Positions 55,891 to 64,000 of a stretch of 64,000 nt of DNA are shown piece after piece. Each line of letters starts with the position of its first letter. The stretch's first letter is position 1. Position numbers and translations under genes: made by a program. The stretch spans positions 88,784,001-88,848,000 of the forward strand of contig NC_043004.1 in NCBI RefSeq assembly GCF_006345805.1, in the 5' to 3' direction. Source of the stretch: Octopus sinensis. Lineage: Eukaryota. The notes beneath the pieces are model-generated. The model saw nothing but the letters and a program-made list of their open reading frames with translations, had not been told where the DNA came from and ran no database searches.

Positions 55891-58243
55891 GTTATTATTA
55901 TTATTATTATTATTATCTATGGTATTATTATTTTATCTCGAAACGTTAATAATGTATGAATACAGTGGGATTTCGAAATATTTTTATAATTTCCTTTTTT
56001 TTTTTCTGTGACTTTATTTTTCTATCAGAATTTAAAATATTCATTTATTTTTTAAAGAAAAAGAAAAAAAAAACCATTTTATTTAAAACTTAAAAGCTTC
56101 TATGAAAGAAGAAATTGAGACAGTTGGGAAATATATTCAAAATAATATTCTTCACAAAAGTATCGGTTTTATATTATTATGGAGATAAGAATTTAGTCAG
56201 GAATAATAAGATATATCATATGAATGAACTAAAATTATTGCAGAGAAATCTTTCTGTTTATATCGATATTTTAGTCAAACGAATGTTTTGAATATTTGCA
56301 TCAAACAAACATATTAATGACTATGTAAAATATAACGATGGATTAATGGGCAATAATCTTTCACTGTTAGAACGCCCGCCATTGTATTTCAAAAATATCA
56401 CACGAGAAAAACCATACACATATATGTAAATGTGTTTTAATTGTGTGTACGTATGTATTTGTGTATTTGGATGCGCGCATTTCTCTTTGTTTTTTTTTGG
56501 GGGGGGGAGGTTTTTTAAGAGTATTTTTTTTTGTTTTTTGTAAATTCTTCGAACTTTTTCTTTAAAGAGGACGTTCATATCTAACAAAGAAGCAAGACTT
56601 CATTATTAGAATTTAGATAACAACTGTGTGGGATTATATTATTTATTTTTGGCAAATAAACTTTTCATTTTCCCAATGTTCAGTTTAAAAATTGATCTGA
56701 CATAATAGGAACCAGGCGGTCTCTTTCTTTGCTTGAAAATCCAGGCGTGGCTGTGTGGTAAGAAGCTTGCTTCCCAACCTCATGGTTTTGGTTTCAGTCC
56801 CACTGCGTGAGCCTCGGGCTGACAAAAGCTTTGTGAGTGGATTTGGTAGAGGGAAAATGAAAGAAGCCCGTCACACATGTGTGTATGTGTGTGTGTGTCT
56901 TTGTGTCTGTGCTTGTTCCGTACCACTTCTTGACAACAGGTGTTAGTGTGTTTGCGTCCCTGTAACTTAGCGGTTCGGCAAAAGCGCTTGATATAATAAG
57001 TACCGGGCTTTAAAAAAAGTTCTGGGGTAGATTCATTCGACTAAAGATTCAAGGCGATGCCCCAGCATGACCGCAGTTTAATGACTGAAACAAGCAAATG
57101 ATAAAAGATAAAACAAATGATTAGTGATACAAGCATAGACGTGTGGTTAACAAACTCGCTATGCAACTGTTTGTTTTCGGGTTCAGTCCCAGTATACGAC
57201 GTCTTGTGCAAGCTTTGTCTACTGTCGCCCCCAACTGACCAATGCCTTGGGAATGGAATTAGTTGATGAAAATTGTGTGTGTACATGTTTGTGTACATAC
57301 ATACATACATACATACACACATACATACATACATACATACGTAACACACTGTCTAAATACCAACTTTGAGAAATTGGGCTTCTCAAAACCAGAACTGTAA
57401 CTGTAAAAATCTGTAAAACTTTCCAGAAGTTTATCATTTAAATATATATATGAGCATGTCTAGATATGCAACTATATGCATGAGAATACACACATAAAAC
57501 ATACAGATCTTCACATACATGCATACAAAAATACCATGTTGTTGATGTTGTAATTCCAATGAAGGAGCCTTGGATCTAGGTTCAAGAAATCTTGAAATAA
57601 ACTGAATAATGACATACATACATACATACATACATACATACATACTACATACATACATACTCTCTTATATGAGATTTTTCGAAGCTGCCTCCCTCATCAC
57701 TTTTTAAGTGAAACACTTGGAAGTTGCGAAATATAACGCATGAAACTTTATTGAATTTTTTTAACTCCAGTTTCTCGCAAATTTAAATATTCATTGCATT
57801 TACTGCGTCCAATCCTTCATAGATTTAAATATTCATTGCATTCACTACGGAGTATTCCATTTTCATTTGCAAAGTCTCTCACTTTTTCTTTTATGTTTTA
57901 ATTCGCTATTTGGAAAACCGACAGTTTATTCTATTTATGTATACGTAATGTAAAAAGATTATTTATTGAATGAATTTTTTTTAAATATCCGTATAATTTT
58001 TGAACGCAGGATAGCTGTGAGAAGAGCTTAGAAAGTTGGGTAATTACTATTAGAAGACGAAGAGGAAGAAAAAGTTACCGACAAATACTCGAAACTTGCA
58101 CCTTCTTCTATACCACTAAGCCAATATATACACAAGTTGCACGAGCGACTTCAACAATGACACGCATACACCAATACACACTCGCGCACACACATAGATA
58201 CACATACACACAAATGAAAGGCAATTAGTGTGTGTGTGTGTGT

Positions 58244-58297
<54 letters not shown>

Positions 58298-59482
58298 ACT
58301 GACAAAACTTCGTGCTGCATCACTTTTGTGAAGTTTTGTCAGTGAACAAATCACGATTTCAAGCGACGAAAATATTTTGACACAAATGAAATTTTTATGT
58401 TGAAGTGAAACTGGTAATACTTAAATACAGAGGTCCCTTAACGGTACTACTTAAATACAGAGGTCCTGAGGCTTGTACGTAACCCTAAAACTAGCCTTAA
58501 GCCCCTAATGAGTGTGCAATGTAAAAACATATCGTTACGTAGATGCATCCCGACGTGTATTTAAGCGGGACCTCTATATTTAAGTAGTGCCGGAGCCTTT
58601 TCGGTAAAAAAAATAACAAATTGTAAATATTTTCAGAGGAAAAGGTGAACAATTCAAAGGAGATTTCGCTGTTGTTTCTAGCACAACCGAAACCACCCAC
58701 CGTTTTTACTCTCACACGTATTGATATTTTTTCAATACTTTTCTCCCATTAAACACATTTTATGGAATGATGATACTGATGTAACACACGCGTGGTCCAT
58801 TAGTGGAATATAAACAACAAAATAAATTGTAATCTAAATTTTCATCCCCACCTCAATCAAGCGAAGCCGTGTGTGTGTGTGTATAATGAAAAAACTATTT
58901 CTAACAGAAAAGTATGGTATTAAAATGAATTATCGTTTACGTAACTTTTTTGAAATCATTGTGGATAAATGCCAGCAATGATCTTCCCAGGCTCTCCAAT
59001 ATTTTAATTTCTATAACGCCGGAGTCGACTTTACCTTTCATCCTATCGGGGTCGATAAATTAAGTACCAGTTGCGTACTGGGGTCAATCTAATCAACTGC
59101 TCCCCCCCCCCCAGTCCAAAGATTTAGGGCCTTGTGCCGAGAGTAGAAAATAATAATCATAATATATGCCCTTCATTTACATATACCCATTTTCCTGAAA
59201 GTTATGAGAGGAAAAAGTCAGTTTGTGTGAATTTTCCGAAACTCGTCACTCCACACCCTCGGAAAAATTCTTACCCATAAATCCCTATATACTCTGAAGC
59301 CACAACATCTAAGCGGTATTTGTAGAAAGTTTTGTTAAAAAGTAACCAATTTTTCTGGATGTTATGAGGGAACAAAGTCGGGTGCATACACATTTATAGT
59401 AATACCCTTTTATTTTTTCATTTCATGTTTATTTCATTCATTGTTTGCAATGTTCTCTCTGCCCCTCTCTCTCTTTCTCTCA

Positions 59483-59523
<41 letters not shown>

Positions 59524-59841
59524 TCTCCCACACACACACAGACTGCAAAGCTTATAGATGGGCTGCTGAATTGAAATCTCCATGTTGCTTTAAGGGGAAG
59601 GTAAATCTTGACAAACTGCTTCAACTGCTTCTCCCTCTGTTGTTGGACTACCGTGATGTTTGTTTGAAATAGTGGAGTATGACTGTGATAAAATAATGAA
59701 AGCAATATTTACTAAGCAAGTGAGCACTATCATACAAAGAAATAATTAGACGCGAAATATATAAATTATTAGAATTGGGAATCAAATGGTAAAATATTAT
59801 CAAGCGGCTAGCAGAAAACCGCCCAGAGGGCGGTATTTCTG

Positions 59842-59888
<47 letters not shown>

Positions 59889-60288
59889 GCAGTGGGCTGG
59901 CAGAATCGTTAGCACGCCGGGTAAAATGCTTAGAGGCATTTGATCCGTCCTTACATTCCGAGTCCAAAATCCCGCCGAGGTCCACTTTGCCTTTCATCCT
60001 TTCACAGCCGAGAAAACAAGTACCAGTTGGACACTCTCCTCCAAGGTTGCTGACCTTGAACCAAAGTATGAAACAAATATATTAATATATATTAATATCA
60101 GTATATATTGATGTATATATTAATAACAAATGTTTAAACTGCTTTACGTTATAACTACGTAAAAAATCAATGCATATGTGAGGGAGAGGGTTTATTTGAG
60201 TTCCTTCGACTTGGATCTACGTATTACAGTTTTACCTTATGCTCTTCATTGAGTTCTTAATACCATGAATATACAGTATTCTTGGTGT

Positions 60289-60483
60289 TTATACTCGCCT
60301 CCTGTCCTTGGGGAGGCAAACCTGACACCCCATCACTACCATTTCATTGCTTTCCAGGTCCAGAACAGTTATTCTTACCCTCACTTCTAAAACTCTGCTC
60401 AGTTCTGGTACCTTCTCTCTTACTGTAACCACCAACACCGCATGTACTCCCATAAACCACTGCCCTCTTGACTGAATCTCCAC
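60289..60483 (-). pseudogene. LINE apurinic-type endonuclease fragment
   Basis: GVHAVLV...VLEVRVRITVLDL...VVMG resembles the GVGILV...VxEVxRxxxRIMVLxL segment of RTE-type APE domains; degraded. Confidence 0.45.
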
Positions 60484-60707
60484 TTAGTTAAAAAATAGCT
60501 TAGTATTGCAGACTGCATGGTGACCTCACTAGTGCGAGTGCCAAGAAAAACACACAATGTATACCCACTGTGAAGTGAGTGGTGTTACAAAGGGCATCTA
60601 GCCGTAGAAACCATACCAAAGGACGCATTGCAGCACAATGCAGTCCTCGTTATCGTCGGATCTTGTCTTACCCACACCAGCATGGATTACATATATACAG
60701 ATAGATA

Positions 60708-60973
60708 AGTTTCTTTATTGGCCACACAGGGCTGCACACAGATGGGACAAGTTACAAGGTAGAGCTTTTCTTTTGGAGGATGAAAATAACAAAAGACAAA
60801 AAACAAAAAAAAAAAAAAGAAGGTGGTGTAGGTTTTCGATCAAAATGGATCGTAAAAGGGAAAAAGAACCAAAAAAAAGAAAAGAAAAAAGAAAAAAATG
60901 GAAGAGGAACAAAAGAAAAGAAAAATGAAAAAAGAAGAAAAACGAGGAAAAAAAGGGGAAGAGGGAAAAAAAC
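60708..60973 (-). mobile_element. 3' UTR fragment of the same Tx1-like LINE family
   Basis: Shares agtttctttattggccacacag...gatgggacaagttacaaggtagagcttttcttttg and the purine-rich tract with 16132-16370; same (GATA)2 / long (GATA)n flanks. Confidence 0.85.
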
Positions 60974-61077
<104 letters not shown>

Positions 61078-61336
61078 TGATTCACAATATATATACATAC
61101 ATTCCAAAATGTATGTATATAAGTACATGCATGTGTGTGTTATATATATATTTATATTATATATATATATATATATATGTAGGTCCCGGGTTGATTCGGG
61201 GTTAACCACAGTAAATAAGGTACTCAATACATAGCCAGAGTAAAATTAATGGTAGTGGTAGAGTAATATGCTTATTTTAAGCAGCAGAAAATTCAACAAA
61301 ATCTGTTACTCTGAGTTCTCGTTGCCGTTCATCAAA

Positions 61337-61375
61337 ACGTCTGATGAACGGCAACGAGAAACTCCAGAGTAACAG
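61337..61375 (+). ncRNA. Hammerhead-like motif, family 3 (mirror copy with 1-nt indels)
   Basis: acgt-CTGATGA-acggcaacga-GAAA-ctccagag-TA-acag; one base missing in stem I and one extra in loop III relative to 61860-61897. Confidence 0.55.
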
Positions 61376-61430
61376 ATTTTGTTGAATTTTCTGCTGCTTA
61401 AAAAAAGTATATATATATATATATCTATAC

Positions 61431-61536
<106 letters not shown>

Positions 61537-61547
61537 TATATAGAAGG

Positions 61548-61598
61548 AGCTTCTACAGGACTAGAACTGTTTCATTCAAGAGAAATCTTCAGGAAGCT
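61548..61598 (-). ncRNA. Type I hammerhead ribozyme, family 2 (mirror copy)
   Basis: Reverse complement of 61595-61645 with one loop III difference; the two copies overlap at the AGCT palindrome centre (61596/61597). Confidence 0.8.
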
Positions 61599-61645
61599 TC
61601 CTGAAGATTTCTCTTGAATGAAACAGTTCCAGTCCTGTAGAAGCT
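61595..61645 (+). ncRNA. Type I hammerhead ribozyme, family 2
   Basis: agcttc-CTGAAGA-t ttc tctt gaa t-GAAA-cag ttccagtc ctg-TA-gaagct. Stem I is 6 bp, stem II is 3 bp with a U.U mismatch at its base, stem III is 4 bp. Predicted GUA cleavage after 61639. Confidence 0.8.
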
Positions 61646-61667
61646 CCTTCTATATAATAAATATATA

Positions 61668-61825
<158 letters not shown>

Positions 61826-61859
61826 TACTTTTTTTAAGCAGCAGAAAATTCAACAAAAT

Positions 61860-61897
61860 CTGTTACTCTGAGTTTCTCGTTGCCGTTCATCAGACAG
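61860..61897 (-). ncRNA. Minimal type I hammerhead-like motif, family 3
   Basis: Minus strand ctgt-CTGATGA-a cg gcaa cg a-GAAA-ctc a gag-TA-acag. Stem I is ctgt/acag, stem II is 2 bp with a GNRA loop and an A.A base mismatch, stem III is quasi-palindromic. Confidence 0.65.
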
Positions 61898-62272
61898 TTT
61901 TGATGAACGGCAACGAGAAACTCAGAGTAACAGATTTTGTTGAATTTTCTGCTGCTTAAAATAAAGCATATTACTCTACCACTGGTATTTGAGTACTCTT
62001 TTTTCCACCTTGTTTCACATTTATGTGTTTACTCCGTATATATATATATATATATGTGGATTGTTAGCGATTTTTTTCCTCCGTCTTCCTTTTTTCTTGG
62101 ACTTTCCTCTGTCTCCTAATTCTGAAGAAGAGCTCTGCTCGAAACGTAAAACACGGAGTTTTCCTTTCCCTGAGCGTCTTATTTATACTTTGCATGTACC
62201 ACGTCCTTGCGTTGTTGCTTTTTTCTAGCGTTTTTCTTCGTTTTTTTTTATTCACTATATAGATAGATAGAT

Positions 62273-62373
<101 letters not shown>

Positions 62374-62622
62374 CAAAGTAAAGATTATTTAGAGTACTGT
62401 TGCTGAATGTTTCTCCTTGAGAGATTTAGAAATAATAATTTTTCTATTTATACATATATACACTCATGCATATACTTATAAACAATTGTGTATGTGTGTG
62501 TGTGTATGTGTGCACTTGAGCAACGAAGTTATTAATTTTACAGTCCTTCTTTATCGTATGCCACTAATACATAGCTGCACATGTATGAGTGTGTGTGTGC
62601 GTGTGTGTGTGTGTGTGTGTGT

Positions 62623-62660
<38 letters not shown>

Positions 62661-63019
62661 CGTGCGTGCGTCTATGTTCGTAAATACCTTCAGTTGTTTT
62701 AATATTCTAATAACGGCAAGACACATGATAGAATATTTCCCACTGATTGTAGATCGAAGATAATTTAAGAAGCCTCACAACACAGCATAAGAATCAACTT
62801 TGTGCGTGTAAATACATACACAGTATGTTTGCGAATTGATATTTGGCTTTAAGTTTTATGTCAATGAGGGAACCCCATTTATTCAACAACTCAAGAATCA
62901 GGAATACATGGTTTGTTCAAATGTTTCCAAATTCTCATGAATTCATTGAAAAATCTCTGTAATGTTGCAGTATCTAGACGGAGAATACATAGACTCGTTT
63001 GTACGAGAACAGATGGTTA

Positions 63020-63915
63020 TTCTTTTCTACTCTAGGCACAAGGTCCGGAATTTTGTGGGGATAGGGGCCAGTCGACTAGATCGACCCCAGTGTGTAACTG
63101 ATACTTAATCTATCGACCCCGAAAGAATGAAAGGCAAAGTCGACTTTGGCGGCGGAATTTGAACTCAGAACGTAAAGACTGACGAAATACCGCAAAGCAT
63201 CTCGCCCGGGGTGCTAACGTTTCTTATTTCTTTATTGCCCACAAGAGGCTAAACATAGAGAGGACAAACAAGGACAGACAAAGGGGTTAAGTCGATTACA
63301 TCAACTCCAGTGCGTAATCTATCGACCTCGAAAGGATGAAAGGTAAAGTCGACCTCAGTGGAATTTGAACTCAGAACGTAAAGACTGACGAAATACTGCA
63401 AAGCATCTCGCCCGGCATGCTAACGTTCTGCCAGCTCGCCGCCTTAGAACAGATGGATATTGCGACGAAACAACGAGAGATTCGACTTGATTTTAAGCAT
63501 ATCATTATTCTCCAACTGTAAGGCGGCGAGCTGGCAGAAACGTTAGCACGCCGGGCGAAATGCTTAGCAGTATTTCGTCTGCCGCTACGTTCTGAGTTCA
63601 AATTCCACCAAAGTCCACTTTGCCTTTCATCCTTTCGGGGTCGGTTAAATAAGTACCAGTTACGCACTGGGGTCGATATAATCGACTTAATCCGTTTGTC
63701 TGTCCTTGTGTGTCCTCTCTGTATTTAGCCCCTTGTGGATAGTAAAGAAATAGATATTTCGCCCGTCGTTACGTTCTGAGTTCAAATTCCGCCGAGGTCG
63801 ACTTTGGCTCATCGTTTCGGGGTCGATAAATTAAATACCAGTGAAACACTAAGGTCGATGTAATCGACTAGTCGCCTCCCCACAACTTTCAGGCCTTATG
63901 CCTATAGTGGAAAGT
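63020..63915. mobile_element. Head-to-head SINE family A clusters (63020-63445 minus, 63520-63915 plus)
   Basis: ctgccagctcgccgcctt at about 63428 and aaggcggcgagctggcag at about 63520, roughly 75 bp apart. Confidence 0.88.
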
Positions 63916-64000
63916 ATTATCATCCAACTGGAGATCCCTTCAGCTATTTTGGCAATTTCCTGTAGAGTCATACACGCTCAGTTTTCAAAACATAACTCGT

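Overview
AT-rich, microsatellite-saturated eukaryotic DNA. The SINE families and repeat landscape look like an Octopus (coleoid cephalopod) genome; this is my recognition, not a database result. The only host coding sequence I can support is one 83-bp exon (29705-29787, +) encoding the Cys-loop of a GABA-A/GRD-like ligand-gated ion channel, so most of the window is probably giant intron. The rest is transposon-derived: many tRNA-derived SINEs, a 5'-truncated RTE LINE with a 798-codon ORF, a nearly intact mariner, a decayed Tc1, Tx1-like and R4/Dong-like LINE pieces sitting in (GATA)n and (TAA)n arrays, Helitron-like, hAT and pogo relics, and several MITE-like elements. The most notable signal, invisible in the ORF track, is a set of type I hammerhead ribozyme (HHR) motifs from three sequence families. 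They lie in a 504-bp tandem/fold-back non-coding unit (43611-44980, retrozyme/Penelope-like) and in a nested palindrome (61254-61983). There is also a tRNA-headed element with a Penelope-like tail in head-to-head inverted copies (3285-3990). Almost all ORFs in the track are microsatellite or SINE artefacts. SINE and relic boundaries are approximate; nothing was computed or searched.
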